A DNA stretch of 64,000 nucleotides, from positions 480,001 to 544,000 of the forward strand of contig JAXGMI010000001.1 in assembly GCA_040768745.1 (NCBI GenBank), in the 5' to 3' direction. Positions 19,255-30,100 of the stretch are shown here, piece by piece. The notes under the pieces are model-generated. The model saw only the letters and a list, made by a program, of their open reading frames with translations. It was not told where the DNA came from and did no database searches. The position numbers and the translations under genes were made by a program. Source of the DNA: Desulfomicrobium sp. GTDB taxonomy: Bacteria > Desulfobacterota > Desulfovibrionia > Desulfovibrionales > Desulfomicrobiaceae. Numbering within the stretch: position 1 is the stretch's first letter; each line of letters begins with the position of its first letter.

Positions 19255-22200
19255 CCATCAACGAATCCCTCATCGAAGAAGCAACCCTCCAATGGTTAGG
19301 GGAACTGGGCTATGCCGCTTTGCACGGCCCGATGCTCGCGCCCGGTGAACCGGCGACTGAGCGGGATTCGTTTGGTGATGTGGCGCTTGTCGGACGTCTG
19401 CGTGAAGCAATCCGGCGTCTGAATCCGGCCATGCCCGAAGAGGCTTGGGAAGATGCCGTACGCAAGGTTTTACTGGTGGCAACGCCATCCTTGACGCAGA
19501 CCAACCGTGCTTTTCACAAGATGCTGCGCGACGGGGTGCCGGTGGAGTATTCCCGGCCAGATGGCAGCATTGCTGGTGATCACGCCCGGCTGGTGGATTT
19601 CGACGACGTCTCGGCGAACGACTGGCTGGCGGTCAATCAGTTCACGGTCATTGAGGGCGCGCTCTCCTCTACCTCTGGGAGAGGCGGGGGTGAGGGTATC
19701 GGGGCGCACCGCCGCCCCGATATAGTGATTTTCGTCAACGGGCTGCCGCTGGGTCTGATCGAACTCAAAAACGCGGCGGATGAGGACGCGACGATCTGGA
19801 GCGCGTATGCACAGCTCCAAACCTACAAGAGTCAGATCCCATCACTATTGCAGTACAACGCGCTGCTTGTGGTCAGTGACGGCTTGCAGGCCCGCATGGG
19901 CTCGCTGACGGCCAATCAGGAATGGTTCAAGGTATGGAGGGAGCCGGATGTCTCGCCTCCACCCTCACCCCAACCCTTTCCCGCTGGGAGAGGGAGTGAA
20001 CATTATCGCGGAGGGTTCGGTTTTGCCGGATTGACAGACAAAGCGAGGAAATTGCGGCGGCACCAAACTTCGGCGGAAGAGTTGCTTTGGGACTTGCTGC
20101 GGGATCGACAGTTGATGGGGGCGAAATTCCGGAGGCAACACCAGTTCGGCGAATACATCTGCGATTTCTTCTGCCACGACGCAAAGCTGGTCGTGGAATG
20201 CGATGGCGAGCCGCACTCCGAAGCCGCACGCATGAAGCACGACGCCAAACGGGATGCTTATCTCAGGTCTCGGGGACTTACGGTTGTCCGGTTTGCAAAC
20301 GAACGGGTCTTGAATGACACCGACGCTGTTCTTCAGGAAATCGCCTCCCATTTCCCTTCTCCCGCTGGGAGAAGGGCCGGGGATGAGGGGCAGCAGCGAC
20401 CCAAAACCACGCTCGAACTCCAAACGTTGATTTACGGCGTCTTCGAGCGGGAACGCTTTCTCAAGCTGCTGCTACATTTCATTGTTTTCGAGGAGGACCC
20501 GGACTCCGGTGCGTTGCACAAGATCATCGCGGGCTACCATCAATTCCATGCCGTGAACGCGGCGGTGGAAGAGACCATTCGCGCCTCGCTCACTCCGCAT
20601 GATTTCGCGGGAAAGAACGCAACGCTCAGCGAGAACGCGGGCACCTACTGGGCGGGTCGCATGCATGGCGGCAAGCCGGGCGATCGACGTGCGGGAGTTG
20701 TCTGGCACACGCAGGGTAGCGGCAAGAGTTTCACCATGCTGTTCTTTGCCGCTCGCGTGATCCGCGAGAGTGCGATGCAAAACCCTACCCTAGTGGTCTT
20801 GACCGACCGCAATGACCTTGACGACCAGCTTTTCGGCCAATTTCAGCGCTGTCACGACATTCTCGGCCAGACTCCGGTACAGGCCGCGAATCGTGAGAAG
20901 ATGCGCGAATTGCTGGCCGTGGCGAGCGGGGGAGTGGTCTTCACCACGATCCAGAAATTTTTGCCCGAGCGGGGAGAGCGGATGCCCTGCCTGAGCGAGC
21001 GCCGGAACATCATCGTCATCGCCGACGAAGCGCACCGCAGCCAATACGATCTCATCGACGGCCTGGCCCGGCATATGCGCGATGCCTTGCCAAACGCCTC
21101 CTTCATTGGTTTCACCGGCACGCCCATCGAGAAGACCGACGCCAACACGCGGGCGGTCTTTGGCGATTACATTTCCATCTACGACATCCAGCGTGCCGTT
21201 GCCGACAAGGCCACGGTGCCGATCTACTACGAGAGCCGCATCTCCAAACTTGGCCTGAACGCCAGCGAACTGCCGACGCTCGACGCGGATTTTGAAGAGA
21301 TCACCGAAGGCGAAGAAGAGACGAAGAAGGAAAAACTCAAGTCCAAGTGGGCAGCGCTGGAAGCGTTGGTGGGTGATCCCAAGCGCGTCGCCCTCATCGC
21401 CGCCGATCTGGTGACGCATTTCGAGAAGCGCGTGGAGGCCATGGACGGCAAGGCCATGATCGTGTGCATGAGCCGCCGCATCTGCGTGGATATGTACGAA
21501 GCGCTCATCAAGCTTCGGCCAGACTGGGCCAGCGCCACGAATGACGACATTGAGGCCGAGAAGGGTAAGGACTGCGTGGTGAAGGTGGTCATGACCGGCA
21601 GTGCCGAAGACGGCCCGGACTGGCAACCCCACATCCGCAACAAGGACAAGCGCCGCAAGCTGGCCAACCGTTTCAAGGACAGCAAAGACCCCTTCCGGAT
21701 CGTGATCGTGCGCGACATGTGGCTGACCGGTTTTGACGCGCCTTGCCTGCACACCATGTATGCCGACAAGCCCATGCAGGGACACGGCCTCATGCAGGCC
21801 ATCGCCCGCGTGAACCGTGTCTTTCGTGACAAGCCGGGCGGTCTGGTGGTGGATTATCTGGGTCTGGCCGATCAGCTTAAAAATGCCCTGGCCAACTACA
21901 CCGAGAGCGGGGGCAAGGGTGACCCGACCTTTGACACTCGGCAGGCCATCGCCGTGATGCTGGAAAAGCACAATATCGCCTGCGACATCATGCACGGTTT
22001 CAATTGGAAATTGTGGACCACTGGCAAGCCTTCCGAGCGCCTGGCCCTCATCCCTGCCGGTCAGGAGCACATCCTGAGCCAGGAAGACGGCAAGAAGCGC
22101 TGGGTGCAGGTGGTGACCGAACTTTCTCGCGCCTTTGCCCTCTGCGCCGCGAGCGATGAAGCCACCGAAATTCGCGAAGACGTTTCCTTCTTCCAGGCCC

Positions 22201-22904
22201 TGCAAGCCGCGCTGAACAAGCAAAACGGCACCAGCCGCAAGACCCCTGAGCAGATCGACGCGGCCATCCGCCAGCTCGTGTCCAAGGCCATCACCACCGA
22301 AGGCCAGGTCATCGACGTCTTCACCGCCGCCGGACTTCCGAGGCCGGACATATCCATCCTGAGCGACCAATTCCTGGCCGAAGTGCGCGGCCTCAAACAC
22401 AAGAACGTCGCCGCCGAGTTGCTGGAGAAACTGCTCAAGGATGAACTGAAGGTCCGCGCCAAGCGGAACATCGTCCAGAGCCAGGTGTTCAGCGAGAAGC
22501 TCAAGAAGACGCTCAATTCCTATCATAACCGGGCCATCTCGACGATGGAGGTTATCGAGGAACTCATCACCCTGGCCAAGGAAATGGAAGCCGCGACAAA
22601 GCGGGGTGAACATCTCGGCCTGACGGATAATGAGATTGCGTTTTACGACGCTCTCGCCGCCAACGAATCCGCCGTGAAAGCAATGGGCGACGACAAGCTC
22701 AAGGTCATCGCCACGGAACTCATCACCCAGATCCGCAAGAGCGTGACCATTGACTGGACTTTGCGCGAAGGCGCGCGGGCAAAGATGCGCGTGATGGTCA
22801 AGCGCATCCTGAACAAGTACGGCTATCCGCCGGACCTCCAGGCAGAAGCGGTGAAGACGGTGCTTATGCAGGCGGAGTTGTTGTGCAGGGAGTGGGCGGC
22901 GTGA
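19251..22904 (+). CDS. hsdR: Type I restriction endonuclease subunit R with an internal DUF559-like insertion
   Basis: RRPD..NGLPL..IELK nuclease motif, [49 protein letters not shown]. Confidence 0.96.
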   Translation: MTINESLIEEATLQWLGELGYAALHGPMLAPGEPATERDSFGDVALVGRLREAIRRLNPAMPEEAWEDAVRKVLLVATPSLTQTNRAFHKMLRDGVPVEYSRPDGSIAGDHARLVDFDDVSANDWLAVNQFTVIEGALSSTSGRGGGEGIGAHRRPDIVIFVNGLPLGLIELKNAADEDATIWSAYAQLQTYKSQIPSLLQYNALLVVSDGLQARMGSLTANQEWFKVWREPDVSPPPSPQPFPAGRGSEHYRGGFGFAGLTDKARKLRRHQTSAEELLWDLLRDRQLMGAKFRRQHQFGEYICDFFCHDAKLVVECDGEPHSEAARMKHDAKRDAYLRSRGLTVVRFANERVLNDTDAVLQEIASHFPSPAGRRAGDEGQQRPKTTLELQTLIYGVFERERFLKLLLHFIVFEEDPDSGALHKIIAGYHQFHAVNAAVEETIRASLTPHDFAGKNATLSENAGTYWAGRMHGGKPGDRRAGVVWHTQGSGKSFTMLFFAARVIRESAMQNPTLVVLTDRNDLDDQLFGQFQRCHDILGQTPVQAANREKMRELLAVASGGVVFTTIQKFLPERGERMPCLSERRNIIVIADEAHRSQYDLIDGLARHMRDALPNASFIGFTGTPIEKTDANTRAVFGDYISIYDIQRAVADKATVPIYYESRISKLGLNASELPTLDADFEEITEGEEETKKEKLKSKWAALEALVGDPKRVALIAADLVTHFEKRVEAMDGKAMIVCMSRRICVDMYEALIKLRPDWASATNDDIEAEKGKDCVVKVVMTGSAEDGPDWQPHIRNKDKRRKLANRFKDSKDPFRIVIVRDMWLTGFDAPCLHTMYADKPMQGHGLMQAIARVNRVFRDKPGGLVVDYLGLADQLKNALANYTESGGKGDPTFDTRQAIAVMLEKHNIACDIMHGFNWKLWTTGKPSERLALIPAGQEHILSQEDGKKRWVQVVTELSRAFALCAASDEATEIREDVSFFQALQAALNKQNGTSRKTPEQIDAAIRQLVSKAITTEGQVIDVFTAAGLPRPDISILSDQFLAEVRGLKHKNVAAELLEKLLKDELKVRAKRNIVQSQVFSEKLKKTLNSYHNRAISTMEVIEELITLAKEMEAATKRGEHLGLTDNEIAFYDALAANESAVKAMGDDKLKVIATELITQIRKSVTIDWTLREGARAKMRVMVKRILNKYGYPPDLQAEAVKTVLMQAELLCREWAA
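19662..19696. repeat. Degenerate palindromic repeat in-frame in hsdR nuclease domain
   Basis: CCTCTACC-TCT-GGGAGAGG-CGGGGGTGAGGG; encodes [12 protein letters not shown] just before RRPD. Confidence 0.7.
19962..20390 (+). mobile_element. Inverted-repeat-flanked DUF559/Vsr-like endonuclease cassette, in-frame in hsdR
   Basis: [20 protein letters not shown]...[28 protein letters not shown]...[18 protein letters not shown]; left repeat 19962-19994 and right repeat 20354-20390 in inverted orientation. Confidence 0.75.
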
Positions 22905-22940
22905 GTTCCGCGCGCGAGCGCCGGCCCCCTGGCGAGAGCT

Positions 22941-22983
22941 GGCCCCTTGCGGGGGCAGGCGTGCGGCGTTCCCCCGCAGGGCC
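22941..22983. terminator. GC-rich hairpin between convergent hsdR and hlyD-like gene
   Basis: GGCCCCTTGCGGGGG ... CCCCCGCAGGGCC inverted repeat; no U-tract. Confidence 0.4.
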
Positions 22984-24318
22984 TCAGCGCTCCCGACACG
23001 CCTCCAGCACGGCCTTGGTCACCGGCGAGAGCAGATATTCCAGCACGGACCGCTGGCCGAGCCTGATCTCGGCCGAAACCTGCATCCCCGGCAGCAGGGG
23101 ATAGCTCTGGCCCCCGTGGAGCAGATGCTGCGTGGCCAGGCCGATGGTTGATTTGTAGACCAGGGGCGCCCCTTCCCCTCTCTCCCCCTGACCCGCGCCT
23201 TCCCCCACGGCGTTCGCGTCCGGCCCGACCCGTTCCACCATGCCGTCCAGCATCCCGTATTTCTGGAAGGCAAAGGCCCCCAGCTTCACCACCGCGGGCT
23301 GTCCCGGGGCGACAAACCCGATGTCCTCATTCTGGATCCACACCTCGGCCAGCAATTCCTCTTTCCCGGGCACCAGGGTCATGACAATGGTGCCGGGGCT
23401 GACCACCGTGCCCACCGTATGGGTGGCCAGGTCCTTGACCACCCCGTCCTGGGGCGCGGTCAGCTCCAGCAGTTCATTGCGTCGATCCTCCTTGGTCAGG
23501 GCCTGTTCCACCGCGGCCAGCCTGGACATGGTCTCCACCCGTTCCGCGCGCAGATTGCGCTGATCATCCGCCCGGACTTGGATAATCCGCTTTTCGACCC
23601 GCACAATGTCGGCCTTCAGGCCCTGCACGGCGAACTCCTGCGCGTTCAGCTCCCGCTCCTTTTCCTGGCGTTCCCGGTGCTTGTCCGTGACCAGCAGGCG
23701 GGGCACATGCCCGTCCCGGCCCAGACGGCCGTATGCCTCGTCCTGATCCCGGTAATGGGCCAGGGAGTCCACCATGCGCGTCCTGGTCTCCACCGCCCCG
23801 GACAGCTCATGCCGGGCCTTTTCCAGCAGGGCCCGCTGTTCGGCCACGGCATTGGCCAGGGCCAGGCGATTGGCCTGGAACTGGGCCTGCACCCCGGCAA
23901 AGAGATCCGCCGGATCGTCCTGGTGCCGGAAAAACGGCGAATCCGCCAACTCCGCGTCGATGCGGCGCAAGGTCAAAGTCAGGCGGTGCCTGTCCGCCAC
24001 CAGGGTCGCGCGGTCCGCCCGCACGTCGGTGCCGTCCAGGCGCATGAGGGGCTGCCCCTGACGGACCGCATCGCCCTCCCGCACCAGAATCTCCTTGACG
24101 ATGCCGCTCTCGGCAGGCTGCACGATCTTGAGATACGTTCTGGGCACCAGCCTGCCCTGGGCCACGGCCACGATATCCAGTTGCCCGAAGATGCCCCAGA
24201 CCAGCATTGTGGCGCAAAACGCCAGGAGGGTGCCAAGCAGTTTCCGGCCCAGGGGCGAAGGCGGAGTTTCCCGCACACGACGGTGCCCGGGCCAAAATTC
24301 CAGAAATTCGTCGGTCAT
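22984..24318 (-). CDS. HlyD family T1SS periplasmic adaptor
   Basis: N-terminal TM, LDIVAVAQGRLVP, GIVKEILVREGD, LTAPQDGVV, AFAFQKYGMLDG, PGMQVSAEIRLGQRSVLEYLLSP. Confidence 0.93.
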   Translation of the reverse strand: MTDEFLEFWPGHRRVRETPPSPLGRKLLGTLLAFCATMLVWGIFGQLDIVAVAQGRLVPRTYLKIVQPAESGIVKEILVREGDAVRQGQPLMRLDGTDVRADRATLVADRHRLTLTLRRIDAELADSPFFRHQDDPADLFAGVQAQFQANRLALANAVAEQRALLEKARHELSGAVETRTRMVDSLAHYRDQDEAYGRLGRDGHVPRLLVTDKHRERQEKERELNAQEFAVQGLKADIVRVEKRIIQVRADDQRNLRAERVETMSRLAAVEQALTKEDRRNELLELTAPQDGVVKDLATHTVGTVVSPGTIVMTLVPGKEELLAEVWIQNEDIGFVAPGQPAVVKLGAFAFQKYGMLDGMVERVGPDANAVGEGAGQGERGEGAPLVYKSTIGLATQHLLHGGQSYPLLPGMQVSAEIRLGQRSVLEYLLSPVTKAVLEACRER

Positions 24319-24355
24319 GACCCAACCCGTGGGGGTTTGCCCCCTTCAACCGCAT

Positions 24356-24394
24356 CGGCAGGGCGGGAGAATGCGCATGCCCCCCGCCCTGCCG
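24356..24394 (-). terminator. Hairpin just 3' of the RTX gene
   Basis: CGGCAGGGCGGG/CCCGCCCTGCCG 12-bp stem between the RTX gene and hlyD-like gene. Confidence 0.5.
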
Positions 24395-24397
24395 CGT

Positions 24398-27300
24398 TCA
24401 TCCAAGACGGACCGCGCCGGTCTGCAGACCGGAGAATGGCCGCAGGGCTTGCAAAGATGCGCCGAAGTCCGCACCCCCCACCACCTCCTGGGCGGCCAGG
24501 ACGTCCATGCCCGTCAGACTGCCATTCCTGCCGTACCAGTAGGCCAGATCACCGCCCACGGCCTCGCTGTCGCTGCCGCCGAGATGGTACTGCCCCAGGG
24601 CGTTCAGCAGGTCCCAGCTTGTCAGCCCGGGATCGGCCTGCCTGGCCTGGTCGAACTGGCCCACCAGACCCATGAAATCGAACCGCTCCACCCTGTGGTC
24701 CAGAATGGGGCTCGTCGAGGTGGGATCGTACTCGTCCGTGGAGTCCAGAACGACCTGCAGCGTTCCGACACTCTGGCCCGAACGCGCATACCAATCCCTG
24801 AACAGCACCGACTCCGCGTTGCCCACGTCCAGGATCAGATCCTTGCCCTGCACGCGAAACGAGAGGTCGGAGTATCCGATCCCGTTGCCCAGGGACAGGG
24901 TGTTGTCCCCGCCCTTGGACGCCCCGACGATGTCCGCCCCGTCACCGCGGTTGAAGGCGATGACGTCCGTCCCCGTGCCCGTGATCACTGTGTCGTTCCC
25001 GCTGCCGCCGATGAACAGTTCCGCACCGGCGCCGCCGGTCACGGCGTCGTCGCCGGAACCGCCATGCAGCAGGGCGTTGCCCGAGGTGTCGGTCAGGACG
25101 TCGTTCCCCGCCCCTCCCTCCAGGATGTCGTTGCCCCGGCCGCCGTTCAGGGCATTGGTGGAGCTGTTCCCGCGCAGATAATTGGCCAGGGCGTTGCCCG
25201 ACCCATCCAGGGCCGCCTCCCCGCTCAGCATCAAGTATTCGACGCTGCGGGGCAAGGTCAGGGAGACCGCGGAGTGGAGAAGATCCATGCCCTCGTCCGC
25301 GTTTTCCGTGATCTTGTCCGAGGTCGTGTCCACATGGTAGGCGTCGTCGCCGGTTCCCCCGGCCATGGTGTCCGCACCCCCGCCGCCATCGAGCACGTCG
25401 TCCCCCGCGCCTCCGGTCAGGACGTTCTTCGCGCTGTTGCCCACGAGCACATTGTCCAGGGCATTGCCTGTTGCGCTGGTGGCGGCCGTGCCGGTCAGGG
25501 TCAGGTTTTCGACATGGTCGGGCAGGGTGTAGCCCACAGAACTGACCACCTGATCCGCGCCTTCCCCTGCATTCTCCATGACCACATCCCCTGTGTTGTC
25601 CACGAGGTACGTGTCGTTGCCAGGCCCTCCGCCCATGGTGTCCAGACCCGCGCCGCCGTCGAGGAGGTCGTCGCCGGCCTTGCCGATGAGGGCGTCGTCG
25701 CCGGCCAGGGCAAAAACCCGGTCATTGCCCGAACCGCCCTGCAGTGTGTCCGCATCCGCCGTGCCGGTGAGGATCAGGTCCTGTACCGTGACCGTGACGT
25801 CGAAAACGTCGCTGGCGCTGAGCCCCCCCGCATCCCGGGCAGTGACCCGCACGCTCAGGGTGCCCGATGCCCCCTCGGGAGGAATGCCCTCAAATGCGCG
25901 GCTCCGGCTGTCAAAGGTCAGCCATGCGGGCAGGTCCGATCCATCCACCAGGGTCGCCGAGTAGGACAGGGGATCGGCATCCGGATCGACAAAGGCCCCG
26001 GCTGGAATGACGTGACTGAAGGCCGCCCCCTCGGCCACGGCCAGGTCCTCCAGAGGCTCGGCCAGGGCGGGGGCCCGGTTGGGAGCGTCCACCACGATGG
26101 TCACGGGGGTGCCCGCCGCAAGCCCGTATGTGTCCGTCCCCCACAGCACGAAGTCCAGGATGCCGGCGTCTGGAGCCAGCGGGGTGCCTTCGAAAATCCG
26201 CAGGTTCGCGTCGAACTGCAGCCATGGGGGCAGCGGGGAGCCGTCGCTCATGCTGGCGCTGTAGGTCAGTCTGTCCCACGCATCGGGATCAGCCATGATC
26301 CCATCCCGCACGACATACGAGAAAGGCATGCCGATGGTGGCCTGCAGTTCCGGCACGGGCTGAACCGAAACCGGGGCCTGGTTGGAGGCGACCCGGTTGA
26401 CCACGGTGTCGATCATGGAACCATCCCAGGCCGCGCCGTTCTCGAAGCAAACCTGTTCGATCCTGTAGTCCTGAAAGCCCATTCCTTGCAGAACAGCCGG
26501 GGCGTAGTGGTTGAACACGACCACCTGGTCCAGGCCCTCCGTGAGGGTGAACACCAGATGTTCGCCGACGCGGAAGGCCCTCACGTCCTGCTCGCCGATG
26601 CCCGACCCGAAGCGCAGGGTGTCATTGCCCCCGGCAAGATCATGGTCATCAATGGTGTCCTGGCCGTCCCCCCGCCGGAAGACGTAGATGTCCTGACCAC
26701 CTCCGCCCTGCAGGTAATCGCTTCCCACATCCCCGTGCAGTGCATCGTCCCCGTCATCCCCATACAGCACGTCATCCCCGTCTCCTCCGGACAGATCGTC
26801 TGCATCTTCCCCCCCTGACAGATGATCGTCTCCGATCCCGCCATGAAGGGTATCACCCCCCTCCTGGCCAAGCAGGACATCGCTGCCGTCTCCTCCAAGG
26901 AGAACGTCGCTGCCTGCCCCGGCCTGCAGATGGTCATCCCCGTCCCCGCCCAGCAGGGTGTCGTCGCCGGAGTCCCCCTGCAGCAAGTCGTTCCCCTCAC
27001 CGCCGTCAAGGATGTCTTTGGCGTCACCGCCAAGCAGGGTATCGTGTCCGCTGCCGCCGGACAGGACATCGTCGCCAACACCTCCATAGAGCATGTCCTG
27101 CCCGCTGCCGCCGCTGAGCATGTCGTTGCCCCCGTCCGGGGCGTCATGGTTGAGGACGAAATTCAGGGTCGTGTAGCCTGTATGAAAACCTTTTTCGTGG
27201 GTCTGGAACTCAACGCCCAGGCTGGGCAGATTGTCCAGATTCAGAGATATGGGCAGGGTCAGGTAGCCATCCCCGACCAGGATGTCGTCGCCATCTCCCC

Positions 27301-29857
27301 CGGACAGCTTGTCCGCATGGGAGGCCCCGGCCAGCACATCATTTCCAGCCAGTCCCTGCATCTGGTCGTCGCCGTTCAACCCATCCAGAAAATCATTGTC
27401 CTCCCCGCCAGCGATCCGGTCCGCCCCGCCGCTGCCGCTGATCCAGTCGTTGCCAGCGCCTCCGTCCAGCTGGTCCCCCTCCACGGGTCCGGCCATGGAG
27501 ATGGGCTTGTTGTTCCAGGCGGTGATGTTGCCCATGAGGATATCCGATCCGTTCCCTCCAAGAATTTCGTCCCGGCTCTGGAATCCGAACAGAAAGTCCC
27601 CGGAATCCCCGCCGTTGACATGCAGACGCGGGGCCGTGGCCGGAAAGGGCTGCTCGAAAATGAACGAGCCTTCCGTCGCACCGGGCGGAAAGGTGGCCAG
27701 GTACAGTTTCCAGTTGGCCGGGTCGGAGCTGAAATTGAGAATGCCCATTTCGTCCCGGTCCTGCGTTCCGTTCAGGACCAGGTCCGAAGCCGGAGGCTCG
27801 TCCTGCAGGACAAAGCCGAAGTCCTGCCCTGCGAAGTCGGCTGCCGAGGTTTGCCGGTCAAACGTGACGCTGTCAGTGGGGCCCAGGTTCAGGACCCCGG
27901 GGGAATGGAAGGTCAGGGGCCGGAGGCTGCCGTCATCGCTGATGAACGTGTAGGTGTCCTCGTCGACTTTCATGAACACGCCGGCGATGAGCTGCCCGTT
28001 GTACAGGATATTGTTGCGCCCTTCGTCGATGACGTGGTCGTTTCCCTGAATGGAGTAGGTGTCCACCCCGGCGCCGCCAGACATGACATCATCCCCGACC
28101 CCACCGTCCAGAACGTCGTCGCCAGGACCGCCTTCGAGATAATCGTTGCCGGCGTATGTCCGGAGGATGTCGTTCCCGCCGCCGCCAAAAACGTGATCGT
28201 CGAATCCGGCGTCCGGGTTCAGCGGATCACGGGCCACGTCTATTGTGTCCGCCTGTTCGGACCCGAAAACGTACTCCGGCGAGGGTGTGCGGTAGGGAGC
28301 AGAGTTGGGCACTGTGTTGTTGATGGACACCCCCGTCCCCCTGTCCTCGAAATAACAATAAAGGTCCGGCGAAATCGTGTCCTGCCTGTCCAGATCACGG
28401 ACAGCCAGCTCATTCTTCAGGGCCAGAAACCTGGCCCGCGCCTCCAGATATTCCCCGGTCAAGCCCTGCCCGGTCTGGGCATCGAACAGGTCAAGCTGGC
28501 CCTGATGGTTGAACCGGTCATACAGCCCCCCTTCCCCGCTGACCATGAACGGATTCAGATTGACCAGTGCGTAGCGGGCGGCCACTGAGGCTTGGGCAAG
28601 GCTGGCCAGCTGGGCAGCACTCTGGTTCACCAGGGGCGTAATGGTCCGGGACGTGCCAGCCAACGCTTGGTGAATCATCGAAATCCGCTGATAGAGCGCT
28701 TCACGAATGCTCCCGTCCACGGCCTCGTCCTTGTGCACATCCTGATAGCCGGGAACCAGCATCCTGCCGAAGACATTGACCAGGGATTCGAAGGTGGAAT
28801 TCGTGTCACCAGAGGCTCCCTCGAAAATGGGGCTCAACTCGGCCATGACGGCGTCGGCGCTGGCCGTTTGCAACCGGCTGTCCGCCCTGATGAAAAGATC
28901 GTACACGGCCAGAGCGTCGGTCATCTGCTCGATGCCATGCCCAAAGGAACCGTTCCATGCTGTCTCGATGAAAATCCCGGTATGGGATCCGGGCTGGGCC
29001 AACAACCCTCCTGGCGAATCCTGGGTGACCAGCTCCGGTCCCTTTGTCCCGTACAGGTTGAGGATGCTGGCCTGGTCAAAAGACCCGCCGCCCAGCGTGG
29101 AAAAAAGGTGCTCGATGTTTGCCGTCTTCCACGAGTCCGCGCCCAGGGAAAACCCGGCCCCGTTGATTGCCACGGCATCCTCGACCAGACCCGGGAAAAG
29201 GCGGGACGCGGCCATGGCCAAATGCCCACCCAGGCTATGCCCCGTGGTGATGATGTCTGCCGCGGCCTTGAGGGCGCCGTCCTCTGTGGCGATGACGGAC
29301 TGCAATTGGATCGCGTATACGCCCGAGCCTGGCCCATCAAAAATCAGGTCGGTCCTGGCCATGAGTTCCGATTTGACCTGCGCGTACAGCACCGGGTCAT
29401 GAGCGGCCTGGAGCAGCCGATCCGTGGAGGCCTGGTCAAACTCCAGCGCCGCCACGGTATATGTGGAGCCTTGGGCCGAGCGCAGACGCTGCATGTCGTT
29501 GAACAGGTCGAGAATCTGCTTGATGGCCACCCCGTCGGCAATGATGTCCCCGAAATCCGCGGACGTGGTGTCTTGGGAGAGAAACTCGGTCCCGCGACAG
29601 GCGTAGACAAATTCTCCGCTGACCTTGTTCTGAAAGAGTGTGGCGGAAAACCCGGTACCGGTGTTCGGCAGATGGTACACAACAGACCATGTTCCCACAA
29701 AGTCTGCGGCCTGGGTGGGGGAAAAGGAGCCATTAAGGTTTGAATTTTGGAGAGCAGCTTCGATTCGCTCTTTTGAAAAATCTGGCAACTTGTCGAATGC
29801 GATATAAACTGCATCACTCAACGATGCCATATCATACAAGTTTTTTGTATTAATCAT
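24398..29857 (-). CDS. RTX Ca-binding T1SS substrate with N-terminal lipase-like domain and two cadherin/He_PIG-like repeats (1819 aa)
   Basis: YACRGTE and TGHSLGG near the N-terminus; many GGxGxD nonapeptides; two LTYSA...DGS.LP.WL.FD repeats. Confidence 0.9.
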   Translation of the reverse strand: MINTKNLYDMASLSDAVYIAFDKLPDFSKERIEAALQNSNLNGSFSPTQAADFVGTWSVVYHLPNTGTGFSATLFQNKVSGEFVYACRGTEFLSQDTTSADFGDIIADGVAIKQILDLFNDMQRLRSAQGSTYTVAALEFDQASTDRLLQAAHDPVLYAQVKSELMARTDLIFDGPGSGVYAIQLQSVIATEDGALKAAADIITTGHSLGGHLAMAASRLFPGLVEDAVAINGAGFSLGADSWKTANIEHLFSTLGGGSFDQASILNLYGTKGPELVTQDSPGGLLAQPGSHTGIFIETAWNGSFGHGIEQMTDALAVYDLFIRADSRLQTASADAVMAELSPIFEGASGDTNSTFESLVNVFGRMLVPGYQDVHKDEAVDGSIREALYQRISMIHQALAGTSRTITPLVNQSAAQLASLAQASVAARYALVNLNPFMVSGEGGLYDRFNHQGQLDLFDAQTGQGLTGEYLEARARFLALKNELAVRDLDRQDTISPDLYCYFEDRGTGVSINNTVPNSAPYRTPSPEYVFGSEQADTIDVARDPLNPDAGFDDHVFGGGGNDILRTYAGNDYLEGGPGDDVLDGGVGDDVMSGGAGVDTYSIQGNDHVIDEGRNNILYNGQLIAGVFMKVDEDTYTFISDDGSLRPLTFHSPGVLNLGPTDSVTFDRQTSAADFAGQDFGFVLQDEPPASDLVLNGTQDRDEMGILNFSSDPANWKLYLATFPPGATEGSFIFEQPFPATAPRLHVNGGDSGDFLFGFQSRDEILGGNGSDILMGNITAWNNKPISMAGPVEGDQLDGGAGNDWISGSGGADRIAGGEDNDFLDGLNGDDQMQGLAGNDVLAGASHADKLSGGDGDDILVGDGYLTLPISLNLDNLPSLGVEFQTHEKGFHTGYTTLNFVLNHDAPDGGNDMLSGGSGQDMLYGGVGDDVLSGGSGHDTLLGGDAKDILDGGEGNDLLQGDSGDDTLLGGDGDDHLQAGAGSDVLLGGDGSDVLLGQEGGDTLHGGIGDDHLSGGEDADDLSGGDGDDVLYGDDGDDALHGDVGSDYLQGGGGQDIYVFRRGDGQDTIDDHDLAGGNDTLRFGSGIGEQDVRAFRVGEHLVFTLTEGLDQVVVFNHYAPAVLQGMGFQDYRIEQVCFENGAAWDGSMIDTVVNRVASNQAPVSVQPVPELQATIGMPFSYVVRDGIMADPDAWDRLTYSASMSDGSPLPPWLQFDANLRIFEGTPLAPDAGILDFVLWGTDTYGLAAGTPVTIVVDAPNRAPALAEPLEDLAVAEGAAFSHVIPAGAFVDPDADPLSYSATLVDGSDLPAWLTFDSRSRAFEGIPPEGASGTLSVRVTARDAGGLSASDVFDVTVTVQDLILTGTADADTLQGGSGNDRVFALAGDDALIGKAGDDLLDGGAGLDTMGGGPGNDTYLVDNTGDVVMENAGEGADQVVSSVGYTLPDHVENLTLTGTAATSATGNALDNVLVGNSAKNVLTGGAGDDVLDGGGGADTMAGGTGDDAYHVDTTSDKITENADEGMDLLHSAVSLTLPRSVEYLMLSGEAALDGSGNALANYLRGNSSTNALNGGRGNDILEGGAGNDVLTDTSGNALLHGGSGDDAVTGGAGAELFIGGSGNDTVITGTGTDVIAFNRGDGADIVGASKGGDNTLSLGNGIGYSDLSFRVQGKDLILDVGNAESVLFRDWYARSGQSVGTLQVVLDSTDEYDPTSTSPILDHRVERFDFMGLVGQFDQARQADPGLTSWDLLNALGQYHLGGSDSEAVGGDLAYWYGRNGSLTGMDVLAAQEVVGGADFGASLQALRPFSGLQTGAVRLG

Positions 29858-30100
29858 TCTTTTCTCCTCCCTAACTGTTTGAATTCATTTTGATAATTTC
29901 CAAATTCATTAATATTCGGAATGCATAATTCAGATTGGACCCAAAATTTTAACGTCTTCCAATCTCCTTGATTTTTTTTAGTATTATATCCAGATCCAAC
30001 GCTGATTCTCTCAACCATCTTTTTCCCAGTAATAACGTAAGCGCTCAGGCATCCGCATCTTCCTGGGACGTGCCTGTGATGTGTGATATGAGCAGAAGTC

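Noticed and set aside
19962..20390. Intein in HsdR
   Set aside because: No Hint-domain motifs or C/S...HN junctions, and too short; the insert is DUF559-like
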